From Candidatus Doudnabacteria bacterium (lineage in GTDB: Bacteria; Patescibacteriota; Doudnabacteria; UBA920), in the NCBI GenBank assembly GCA_963837465.1, contig CAWINB010000004.1:522853-586852 (forward strand): a stretch of 64,000 nucleotides of DNA. Direction: 5' to 3'. A program made the translations under genes and the position numbers. Of the stretch, positions 51,919-61,425 are shown in pieces. How positions within the stretch are numbered: the first letter of the stretch is position 1; the number at the start of each line of letters is the position of its first letter. The notes below the pieces were generated by a model. That model was not told the DNA's origin and searched no databases. It saw only the letters and a list, made by a program, of their open reading frames with translations.

Positions 51919-52718
51919 CTACTGTGAAGAAACAAGGTCTTGGACACTAAGCACATCACTGATAAAGAGCCCATTTTTGGCGGTACTACTTGAAATATCA
52001 ATAACTCTTATTTTTCCTTGATAGTATTTTATATATCCGGTTATGGTTCCATCGGGCCCATCAGCAGACGAGGGCAGCAGTATATAAGCTGGATTACCTT
52101 GATTTGTGACTGGTGGCAAATTCTGTATCAAATTTAAGTTTTGGTCCAAATAAATTGCTGTCTGATATCCTGCATTGGTCAAAGCCTGTTCATAGTAAGT
52201 CAAAAAGTTTTGGTCGCCCCCGTAAAAGCCCGCGTAGGTACTAGTACTATTTTCCCATGCCAAAATACCAGGGTCTGTATTTGTTGCTTCATAGAATTGG
52301 CCTGTCAGAGATAATGTTTTGTCGTTTATATCAAACTCATCATACCCAATGTCAGATGAGGTGGCGGACGCAGAGTGCCATGCGTCTTTTGAATACATGG
52401 CCGGAACAGTGAAATTTGCTCCGTCATCTATTGAGGTGATTGAAGCAGTCTGTTGAGTGGTTGTAGGACTAATGCCTGTTGACTAACAGAGGCCGGTATT
52501 GCTGATAGACTAAGAGCCATATTTTTTGGTTTGTATTGGACTACTACTGGCCCTAAGTTTTGAGGCTGATTGTAAATAAAATAAATCCAGACCGAAACCG
52601 CCGCTACCACGGCCAATATGCAAATGACAATTATGCCTTTGTGGTTATACCATTTTTTAGGTTGTTGCGGCTGTTGTTGAGATTGAGATGGAGGCAAAAC
52701 TTCATTTGAATTTTCCAT
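51919..52718 (-). pseudogene. Membrane-anchored exported protein split by a frameshift (ORFs 52428-52718 and 51919-52398)
   Basis: ORF1 has a TM; the ORF2 frame is open back to ~52482 (STGISPTTTQQTASITSIDDGANFTVPAM), overlapping ORF1. Confidence 0.6.
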
Positions 52719-52969
52719 TTTTTTATTCCATTTTTTGAAGATAATTTTTTATTCACCCATATTATACCACACTTGGTTCTAATTCCTGTTTCTTTTATAC
52801 AAAAAATACCTATTCTTATAGGTAAATTTATACTGGAGCGGTCTTAGGGACGATTATTGATTCCCCTGGTGATTAATCATTCCCATAAGCTGTTTGGTTA
52901 GGCCCGCATTAGTTTCCTGGCAGTCCACTATACTCCCCGGTTTCTCCCACCCCTGTTTTTTGAGTCTTT

Positions 52970-53439
52970 TCCACCCCCCATGCTTTTGTATTGATTTTTA
53001 GGTTTTGATGTTTTTGGTATTTTTTAGGTTTTAGATTGAGATTTTAATTGTAGTCTTTGGATTTGCTGTGTTTTGGTTCTTTGGGTTTCTTTGTTTTTTA
53101 GGGTATAGTTAAGTTAGTTTAGTATATTGGTATTTTTTAGTATAGTTTTTTGTAGTCAGTTTCTCTTTTTGTATTATCTATTTTGTCGTTCAGTTAGATT
53201 ATCTGGTGATATATAGTAGTCAGGGGTATTTGGAGTAGTGAGAGGTAATGGAATTAAGGGGTTTAACAGCCAAACTGTATGAATGATGTTCATACAGCTG
53301 TTCATACAGCTGGAAAGTGCCAGTTGCTTCCATTTTAGGCTAAAGTTTTGGCCTCGGCAAGGGTGTATTGCAGGGGGTAATGGGGTAGGCAAAGTTAGCT
53401 GTTTTGGATATAATAGGTGTGAGCTTCACCAAGAAAATT
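52970..53439 (-). repeat. Att arm B copy 4 (inverted partner of copy 3)
   Basis: rc of 43463-43919; abuts CACCAC at 53440. Confidence 0.95.
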
Positions 53440-54443
53440 CACCACTTAGTGCACCTCGTCAACATGACCGAGGTGCTTTAAGTTTGCCTAAAGAAAAAAC
53501 ACGAGCGATCGTGTTTTTATTTTATGCTATTTTCTAGTCTATTACAAACTGACGGTTATTTGCTTGTCTTTGAGGATTAATTTGCTTTTTAGGCAGGCCA
53601 TCAGTTCTCTCTTTTCCAGTAAACTACCGTCGGTCAAAATATATTTGGTATAATTTTTTAGGTCTAAATTTTTCTGTAGTAGTTGATCCTGCTGGCTCTG
53701 ACCTAATACTAAGTGTCGGAATTTATTATAGCTCTCTAGCTTTAGCTCTATCTGCTGTTTGATGCCCAGCTTATCCAAATCTACTTCCTCGATAACTTTT
53801 AGCAGCTGACCTACTAAGAGGTCTTCTTTAATATAGTTGCCTGGGCAAGCCCGGTCTTTACTCTTGGTACAGCAGTAGTATACGTATTTAGCTACCGAAC
53901 CGTCTTTGAGATTTTTAAACTTTTCATTGGCGCTTATGCTGGAGCTACAAATGCCGCATACTATGAGTCTGGTAAAAGCGAATTCTTTACCGATAGTTCT
54001 GGGCTTAAGCTCAGCATCCAAAGTTGCTTGGGCTTTATCGAACATTTCCTTTGTGATAATCGGCTGGTGCTTTCCTTGGAAATATTTTTTACTTCTTCGC
54101 GGATACTCAATCTGCCCGTAGTAGAACGAGTTCCTTAATAATAAATAAAGATTACTTAAGTGGAACGGCTTGCCATTTTTAGTTACAAACCTGACCTCAT
54201 CTCGCGGCCACAAGTAGACCCTCCGTCCGCTCTCGCCCTGCCCGACTTTTTCAAACACTTGCTTAACCACCGGCGCTCTAATTGGATCAGGGATTACCGA
54301 GCAAGGCCTGTCTTTATGATATTCGTTGACGTACTCGGTCGGAGCCATTCCCCTGCAAGGGTGTTTTGCAGGGGGTAAAGGGGTGGCCAAAATCAGCCGT
54401 TTTGGATATAATTAGTTCGTACCAAGTTGTAAGGGTACACCAA
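53440..54443. mobile_element. Element 4: ~1-kb internally deleted remnant
   Basis: Cores at 53440 and 54438; hairpin gcacctcg...cgaggtgc at 53451-53476; diverged B-like arm (54355-54437) fused into the middle of a recombinase gene. Confidence 0.7.
53542..54350 (-). pseudogene. Serine recombinase C-terminal half (catalytic domain missing)
   Basis: GMAPTEYVN, LLRNSFYYG, GKHQPII, CGIC...YYCC; no YxRxS N-terminus. Confidence 0.82.
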
Positions 54444-54700
54444 AATATTACACAAAGGCATTTTGCCAACTTTTTGATGGGCTGCGCTTAGCGCAGCCCA
54501 TTGTGTTTGCGGGATGAATTCAATTTTTTGATTTTTTTAAAACAAGTTCGGGCCGAAAATTTTTGCGCAGTATATTTCTTGTCTGCAAGGAGGTGTAAAC
54601 TGCGATTTTACTGAAGGTTTGGACACCTTGTATGAAGTTTTTCAGAGGTTCTAACCAAGCTCTACGGTTTTGTTCAAGGCGGCCAATTTGCTCGTCCAAA
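54438..54700 (-). pseudogene. Element 5 remnant: degenerate 3' end of a recombinase 1/3-type gene with arm-A hairpin
   Basis: caccaaaatattacacaaaggc...gggctgcgcttagcgcagcccattgtgtttg; fragments EQIGRLEQNRRAWLEPLKNF and PQTQWAALSAA. Confidence 0.8.
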
Positions 54701-54768
54701 GCCGGCTATTTACAGACAGTCTCTTAAATCGGATAGCCAAAATTGGCAGTTTTTGATAAAGTATCCCT

Positions 54769-55746
54769 ATGGTCACTCTGCTTTTAGGTCCGGATGATTT
54801 TTCCAAAAAAGAATATGTAAATGCTTTGTCTGCCTGCGAAAAAGTTCAGGTGGAGGTTTTAAGCTCGCCCGAAAGTTTGCCGGTTAGCGAACTTGTTTCA
54901 CAGGATTTATTTCCGGCCAAAAAAATTTTTGTCGTCAACGGGGGATTAAAATATCTTGATGAAAAAAACCTCGGCGCTTTAATAGCCGGTAAAAATCAGA
55001 TTTTATTTCTGGAGACCAAAGTCGACAAAAGAATTAAATTTAACAAAGACTTGCTGGCAAATAAAAATATAGTGGTAAAGGAATTCATTCTTCCCCGCGG
55101 CAGCGAACTGGACCAATGGATTATAGCGCGGGTTTTATTGCTTGGCGGGAAAATTTCGCCCCAGGCGGCCGGTACCTTAGCTCAGCGGTTGGGCCGCGAC
55201 AACGCCAAAGAATCAAAATTTGGCGGAAAAATAGTAGATATAGAAGAGATTTATGATTTATGGCAGGCGGACTCCGAAATTCAAAAATTAATCGCGTACG
55301 CGGGCACCGGGGAAATATCGGTAAGTGATGTTTTAGCGCTGGTTTCCGAAAATGTGGAGGTGGATGTGTTTGATTTAACCAACGCCATTGCCGACAACCA
55401 AAAACAAAAAGCTCTGGAACTCCTACACGGCTTTTTAAAAGATCAGGCCGGGAGCGACGAAAAGGGCGCCATAATCCAGTTAAACGCTTTGCTCAGCGAG
55501 CAGTTTAGGAATGTTTATGTTGTCCAGGATTTTTTGTCGCGCAAAACCGCGGAAACGGAAATTTTGGATAAAACCGGCTGGAAAAGCGGCCGGCTGTTTG
55601 TAATAAAAAAAATCGCAACCAAATTTCCGCCAAAAAAAGTCCTGGAACTACTAAACAAACTCGCCGCCTTAGACGAAGAACTAAAAACCTCCAGCACCCC
55701 CCCAAGAGTTTTGTTGGATTTAATCGTAAGCCAACTGTTGACTTAG
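54769..55746 (+). CDS. holA: DNA polymerase III delta subunit
   Basis: LLLGPDDF, DLF, VDKR, EIQKLIAY, DVFDLTNAI, LDEELKT. Confidence 0.85.
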   Translation: MVTLLLGPDDFSKKEYVNALSACEKVQVEVLSSPESLPVSELVSQDLFPAKKIFVVNGGLKYLDEKNLGALIAGKNQILFLETKVDKRIKFNKDLLANKNIVVKEFILPRGSELDQWIIARVLLLGGKISPQAAGTLAQRLGRDNAKESKFGGKIVDIEEIYDLWQADSEIQKLIAYAGTGEISVSDVLALVSENVEVDVFDLTNAIADNQKQKALELLHGFLKDQAGSDEKGAIIQLNALLSEQFRNVYVVQDFLSRKTAETEILDKTGWKSGRLFVIKKIATKFPPKKVLELLNKLAALDEELKTSSTPPRVLLDLIVSQLLT

Positions 55747-55764
55747 TCCTTATGTTTATAATAT

Positions 55765-55802
55765 CCGTTTGCGCTAGCGTACTAGTACGCTAGCGCAAAC
55801 GG
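55765..55802. repeat. Perfect 38-bp palindrome
   Basis: ccgtttgcgctagcgtact-agtacgctagcgcaaacgg. Confidence 0.85.
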
Positions 55803-55821
55803 GATGGGTAAATAATTTTGT

Positions 55822-56196
55822 ATGACCTGGGTAATTCTTTCTTTTTTGGCGCCGTTATTCTGGGCAACCGGCAATGTGGGCGACAAATATATTTTTGCCA
55901 AATGGCTTAAGCGTTCATTTGCCGCTTTAATGGCCTTTGGTTTTTTTGGCGCAATCGCCGCAATAATTATTTTTGCTTTTAGGGGTTTTGGGCATTTTTC
56001 CGCGGGTTTGGTTCTGGGAGCCTTGTTTTCCGGCGCGCTTTATATGGGTGCGAACATTTTTTACTACCGGGCCGCGCGATTGGGAGAAGTATCCAGGATT
56101 ATCCCCATAATCTATCTGGAGCCGCTTTTTACCGCAGCGGTATCAGCAGTTATTTTAGGAGAGATATTTTCAATTTTAGAGATTTTGAGTATTTGA
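55822..56196 (+). CDS. EamA/DMT-family transporter, apparently truncated
   Basis: Hydrophobic; GEVSRIIPI..EPLF..ILGE; ends before the expected final helix. Confidence 0.65.
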   Translation: MTWVILSFLAPLFWATGNVGDKYIFAKWLKRSFAALMAFGFFGAIAAIIIFAFRGFGHFSAGLVLGALFSGALYMGANIFYYRAARLGEVSRIIPIIYLEPLFTAAVSAVILGEIFSILEILSI

Positions 56197-56980
56197 AATT
56201 TTTGCTTAAATTTGAGAGAAAATAAACGGAGAGGACTCATATAGAATCCTCTCCACGTTTAGTATTAGAATTATATCAGTTTTTTGACTTTTGTCAAGCT
56301 TAAGTCTTATACAATGGAACATGGCCCCTATCTTTGAGACAGCCTCTAAAGGAGGACGGTACCCCAATTGCTGAAACCGGAGGGTTGCCCGGAAGCTGTA
56401 CAAAGAGCATAAGCCTGCCACACTGACTTGATGACAATCGATATGACAGACTTAAGCGTTACGAGCATAGCTCAAATCAAGGAATTTCTAAAGGTCAATA
56501 CAGCAATTAATTTTACCTCAGTTTCCAGAAAGGAGAAATATGAATGGATTAACAACGTCTTAAACAAGTTTGGCTATGTCCGGCTTAAAGGCAAAAAAGA
56601 CAAGGGGCAGATTAAGGAATATATCCAACGGATGACCGGCATGTCGGGCAGACAGCTAAAACGACTGATTACCAACAAGAGAGGAAGTGGGTTAGTGGCC
56701 TTGTCCCCGAATTGGGGCAAGAAAAACCGGTTTGTTACTGTTTATGGCCCGGCAGAAATACTATTGCTGGCTGAAACCGATAATCTGCACCAACGAATGA
56801 ATGCCCATGCCACCAAACAGATCCTAATGGCTGAATATGAAATATTCGGTGACGAACGGTTTAAAAGACTAAAAGATATTTCCGTTTCCCATATCTACAA
56901 TCTGCGAGTTAAAAGAATTTACACCAGCCACTCCACCACCTTTACCATAACCGATCCAGTAAGCACCCCGATTGGTATTA

Positions 56981-58113
56981 TTGACCTTCGCCAATTAGCT
57001 TGAATATGGATTAATTTTGTGCTACCATGAAGGTATATGAAAAACAAACATATATCTTCAGGGTCTCGCAAACGGGATCCACAGGCGCTGGAGTCGCGCC
57101 GCAGACAAGCCATCAGGCTCCATAGCCAGGGCAAAAGCCAGTATTTTATAGCCAAAAAGCTAAAAGTCAGCTTTGAGGCGGTCAGTAACTGGGTGGAGCT
57201 CTATAAAGATGGCGGTTTAGAGGGCTTAAAAAGCAAGGGCAGGCCCGGCCCCAAGCCTCAACTGGATAATGAAGACCGGAGAAAGCTCAAAGCCGCTATC
57301 TTAAAGGGCCCCAAAGCCCTGGGTTATTCCACCGACTTATGGACACTTCAAAGGATCGGCAAGGTAATTAAAAGCATCAGTAAGGTTAACTACCACCCGG
57401 GCCATGTCTGGAAAATTCTCATCTCTTTGGGCTTTTCCTGCCAAAAGCCTGAAACCAGAGCCAAAGAACGCGATGAGTCAGCCATCAAAGCCTGGAAAGT
57501 TCAAAGCTTTCCGGCCTTAAAAAAAATGGGCTGATAAACACCTGTATTTACTGGGCTTCCACGATGAGTCGGGAATTTCTGAAAAACCTACTGTCAGAAG
57601 AACCTGGTCTGTGGTGGGCAGGACGCCGATAATACAATCCACGGGCTCTTGGGCGACAATGAGCCTTTCCGGGACAATTGTTTGTACCCCTAAAGGCAAT
57701 AATCCCCGGTTGTTTTTAAAAAGCCTGCCCCATAGCGTCAAATTTCCCGATGTTATTGACTATTTAAAAGAACTGAAACGCCACTTAAAGGGTAAGAAGC
57801 TGTTGTTGTTTTGGGACGGACTATCGGCGCATAAGGCTAAAGCGACGATAGAATACCTCAAAACTCAAAAGCATTGGCTGAAGGTGGAGCGGTTTCCGGC
57901 TTACGCGCCGGAACTCAACCCGGCCGAATACCTGTGGTCCGCTATGAAGAACAAACATTTATGCAACCTGCGGCCCAAAGGCTTGCCGCTGTTAAAGGCC
58001 GCGGTTGGCAGGAGTTATCGTAAAATCAGGAATGACCGGGAACTGTTACGGGGATTTCTGAGAGCCTCGGTACTCTATGTTTAAGACTATTCAATCTAAT
58101 TGGCGAAAGTCAA
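56981..58113 (+). mobile_element. IS630-family insertion sequence (nested)
   Basis: Terminal repeats ttgaccttcgccaattag / ctaattggcgaaagtcaa with TA duplication. Confidence 0.92.
57037..58084 (+). CDS. IS630 transposase (orfA 57037-57534 plus frameshifted DDE part)
   Basis: A8 run near 57519-57526; FHDESG, WDGLSAH, PAYAPELNPAE. Confidence 0.88.
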
Positions 58114-58877
58114 TAGAAGAAGACCCGACAATATGGGCATTCCGGGCTATCTGCGGGTGGATACCGTGCATCAGGGCGACCGTAAGCTGGCTTTGGGCAA
58201 GTATGAGAAAGGTATTTACCACTTAAACCTGGTGGATGAAGTCACCCAATGGGAAATGGTCTTCTGTGTGGAAACGATTTCCGAGCTGCATTTAAAACCC
58301 ATATTTGAACAGTTGCAGCAAATGTTTCCCTTTACAGTAATTAACTTCCACTCTGACAACGGTAGCGAGAACATTAATTACACGGTAGCTGATATTCTTA
58401 GAAGGTTAGTTATTAAACAGACAAAATCACGAAGCAGGCACTGCAATGACAATGCCTTAGTGGAAAGCAAGAACGGCAGTGTCATCAGAAAGTATATGGG
58501 CTACACTCATATCCCGAAAACCTACGCGCAGGAGATTAACGAATTTTACCAGAAGTTTTTTAACCCTTACCTGAACTTCCACAGACCCTGCGGCTTTGCC
58601 ACCACCACGGTTGACCATAAGGGCAAGGAAAAGAAAAAATATGATATTTACTTAACTCCCTATGCCAAACTGAAGACTCTGGATAATTGGACACGCTACC
58701 TTGCCCCAGGACGGACGGAAAAACAACTGGATGACATCAGCACCGGCCACAGCCATAACGGATGGGCAAAACTTATGCAGGAAGCAAAGTCAGCAGTATT
58801 TAAAAACATTAAACTTAAGGAACATCAAAAAATGGCCGCTGGCGGATAGGGGCCATGTCTTGATTAGAAACTACTGC

Positions 58878-60743
58878 TTATCTCGCTGCTCTTTTCCTGT
58901 CGTTCGCGTTCAAAAGTTTTTTGCGGATGCGGATGGATTTTGGGGTTACTTCTACCAGTTCGTCGGGACCGATGTATTCCAGGGCGAAGTCGAGTTCTAC
59001 GGGGCGCGGGGGAGTAAGAATAATCGCCTCGTCGGTTCCGCTGGAGCGGATGTTGGTCAGTTTTTTGGTTTTGCAGACGTTAAGTTCTATGTCGCTGTCC
59101 ACGGCGTTTTTGCCTACAACCATACCCTCGTAAACTTCCACGGCCGGGCCGATAAACATAATGCCGCGTTCCTGCGCGTTGTTAAGGCCATAGGCGTTAC
59201 TAACGCCGGTTTCGGAAGAAATTAAACTGCCGTGGTCGTTGGCGTGGGTATCTACATCGTGCACGGGTTTGTAGCTGTCAAAAAGGTTGTTGATGATAAC
59301 CGTACCGCGGGTTTGGGTTAAAAGCGCGCTCTTAAGGCCAATAAGCCCGCGCGTGGGAATTAAATATTCGGCGTGAATTTCGCCGGAGGGGTTGGTATCC
59401 ATTACCTGCATTTCGCCGCCGCGCCTTCCTAAATTTTCTATCATCGCGCCCTGGTATTCGCTGGGCACGTCTATGCTGGCAATTTCATAGGGTTCCATCT
59501 TCGCGCCATCTTTTTCGTGGTAGATAACCTGCGGCTGGGATACTTGCAGTTCAAAACCTTCTCTTCTCATCGTTTCTATCAAAATTCCCAAATGCAGTTC
59601 GCCGCGTCCGGAAACCAAAAAGTTTTCGCCGCCGCCGCCCGAGCTTTCGGTTAAGGGCGCCCCTTCCATAGTTTGCACTTTCAGCGCCACATTAATTTCC
59701 AGCTCTTTAATAAGTCTGTCGCGGATGTTCCTGGAAGTTACCAGTTTCCCCTCTTTGCCGGCGAACGGGGACGTGTTGACGCCAAAAGTCATTTTAATGG
59801 TCGGCGGTTCTATTTCCACCGGCTCTAAGTGAATAGGGTTTACCGGGTCGGTTAAAGTTTCGCCAATGGAGACATCGTCAAAACCGGAAATGGCCACAAT
59901 GTCGCCGGCCGTGGCCTCTTCCACGTCCGCGGGTTTAAGGCCAATGTACATTTGCAAAGAAGTAATTTTGCCCGGAGTTTTGCTCTCGTCCGGTTTAATC
60001 CGCACAATGTTCTGGCCTTTTTTGATGTTGCCGGAAACAATTTTACCAATGCCCATTTTGCCTTTGTAGTTGTCGTAAACCAGGGCCAGCACCAGCATGG
60101 CAAACGGATCTTCCGGTTTTACGTCCGGAGCCGGGATGTATTTTACAATGGCGTCAAAAAGAGGGGAAACATCCGGAGCCGCGCCGGAAGCGATTTTTTT
60201 CTTTAAAGTTTCAAGGTCCGTGTCTGCCAAACCTTTTACGCCCGAGGCGTAAACTATGGGAAAATCCAGTTGTTCGTTAGTGGCGTTAAGTTTGCCGAAT
60301 AAATCAAAAGTTTTGTCCACGGTGCCGTCGGGGTTGGCGCCGTCTTTATCTACTTTGTTAATTACCACAATGGCTTTAAGGCCAAGTTCCAAAGCTTTTT
60401 TAAGCACAAATTTGGTTTGCGGCATTGGGCCTTCTTTGGCATCCACCAAAAGCAAAACGCCGTCCGCCATTCTAAGCGTGCGTTCTACTTCTCCGCCAAA
60501 GTCGGCGTGTCCCGGAGTATCTACAATATTAATTTTAGTGCCGTTGTAAACCAAAGAAGCGTTTTTGGCCCGAATAGTAATACCGCGCTCGCGCTCCAAA
60601 TCCATACTGTCCATTATCAAATCTTTGGTGTCGGCATTGTCCTTAACCGTCTGCGTCTGCTTAAGCATAGCGTCCACTAAAGTAGTCTTGCCATGGTCAA
60701 CGTGGGCAATAATGGCGATGTTGCGAATGTTGTTTCTTTTCAT
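58878..60743 (-). CDS. typA: Translational GTPase TypA/BipA
   Basis: [44 protein letters not shown]. Confidence 0.97.
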   Translation of the reverse strand: MKRNNIRNIAIIAHVDHGKTTLVDAMLKQTQTVKDNADTKDLIMDSMDLERERGITIRAKNASLVYNGTKINIVDTPGHADFGGEVERTLRMADGVLLLVDAKEGPMPQTKFVLKKALELGLKAIVVINKVDKDGANPDGTVDKTFDLFGKLNATNEQLDFPIVYASGVKGLADTDLETLKKKIASGAAPDVSPLFDAIVKYIPAPDVKPEDPFAMLVLALVYDNYKGKMGIGKIVSGNIKKGQNIVRIKPDESKTPGKITSLQMYIGLKPADVEEATAGDIVAISGFDDVSIGETLTDPVNPIHLEPVEIEPPTIKMTFGVNTSPFAGKEGKLVTSRNIRDRLIKELEINVALKVQTMEGAPLTESSGGGGENFLVSGRGELHLGILIETMRREGFELQVSQPQVIYHEKDGAKMEPYEIASIDVPSEYQGAMIENLGRRGGEMQVMDTNPSGEIHAEYLIPTRGLIGLKSALLTQTRGTVIINNLFDSYKPVHDVDTHANDHGSLISSETGVSNAYGLNNAQERGIMFIGPAVEVYEGMVVGKNAVDSDIELNVCKTKKLTNIRSSGTDEAIILTPPRPVELDFALEYIGPDELVEVTPKSIRIRKKLLNANDRKRAAR

Positions 60744-60773
60744 ACTTTGTTATCCTTATGTCCGCTAATAAGT

Positions 60774-60850
60774 CGCTGATAGGAACGCTGATTTATCGCT
60801 GAGCGCCATTTCAGCGTTTGCTCAGCGTACTTATCAGCGTCTATTCAGCG
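60774..60850. repeat. REP-like nested palindrome (CGCTGA x3 versus TCAGCG x4)
   Basis: Visible motif repeats upstream of typA. Confidence 0.55.
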
Positions 60851-61034
60851 GTGTGCAAATAAAAATCCCGGATTTCTTTTCGGGAAAGATACGTAAAATA
60901 TAGCATAAATATTGATGATTTGTCAACTATTTATCCCGTTAGAAAAAAAAGCTTGTAATTATAAGGGTTTTGTAATTTGATAAAACTTTTATTGCTTATA
61001 TAAAAGTAAAAGAAGTAATTTTTTTCTATTGGGA

Positions 61035-61063
61035 TTGACGAAATAGAGGAAAAGTGGTATAAT
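61035..61063 (+). promoter_or_regulatory. Near-consensus sigma70 promoter
   Basis: TTGACG-17-TATAAT with extended TG. Confidence 0.7.
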
Positions 61064-61076
61064 ATAGTCAAAGTTC

Positions 61077-61108
61077 AGAATCGGAGAATCGGAGAATCGG
61101 AGAATCGG
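61077..61108 (+). repeat. Tandem repeat (AGAATCGG)4
   Basis: Four perfect 8-bp units directly after the promoter. Confidence 0.9.
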
Positions 61109-61425
61109 TAGTGCAGGCCCGTGGCCTGCTTTAGCGTTTTGCAAGCTCCTTAAAAATAAAAATCCTTTGCGGAAAGCAACTTGGCGGTTTGTGTGTCATC
61201 CCGGAAAATTTATATTGCTATTAAATTTATCAGGGATCCATATTCAAAAGACACAATAAAGTTGTCAGTTTGCTTTCCGTGAAAATGGGAAGAAAGAATC
61301 GGCAACAACAGGTGAGAGATAGCCTGTTGCCAAGAACAACATATCTTTCCAGTTTGGTAAAACTGGGCTACAAAAATTACCCTGCGCCAACATCCAAGGA
61401 TGTCGCAGCCCTTTAGGAGGGAAAA

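Larger units (their letters stand above)
39402..53445. mobile_element. Element 3: ~14-kb serine-recombinase element with giant surface-protein cargo
   Basis: CACCA cores at 39402 and 53440; same layout as element 1, including an internal inverted junction at 43457. Confidence 0.8.
56428..58849 (+). pseudogene. DDE transposase split by nested IS630
   Basis: Removing 56981-58113 and one TA gives PIGIRRRPDNMGIPGYLRVDTVHQGD; HSDNGSE, NDNALVESKN. Confidence 0.85.
56305..58872 (+). mobile_element. IS with integrase-core DDE transposase (ISNCY/IS481-like), interrupted by IS630
   Basis: Inverted ends acatggccccta / taggggccatgt; exact outer boundaries approximate. Confidence 0.65.

Noticed and set aside
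15435-53439. The arm-B repeats as a CRISPR array or as IS/MITE copies
   Set aside because: No short repeat-spacer periodicity and no cas genes; each copy lacks its own terminal inverted repeats and target duplication and always abuts the same att core.
12479-54700. Prophage
   Set aside because: No terminase, portal, capsid, tail or lysis genes recognised.
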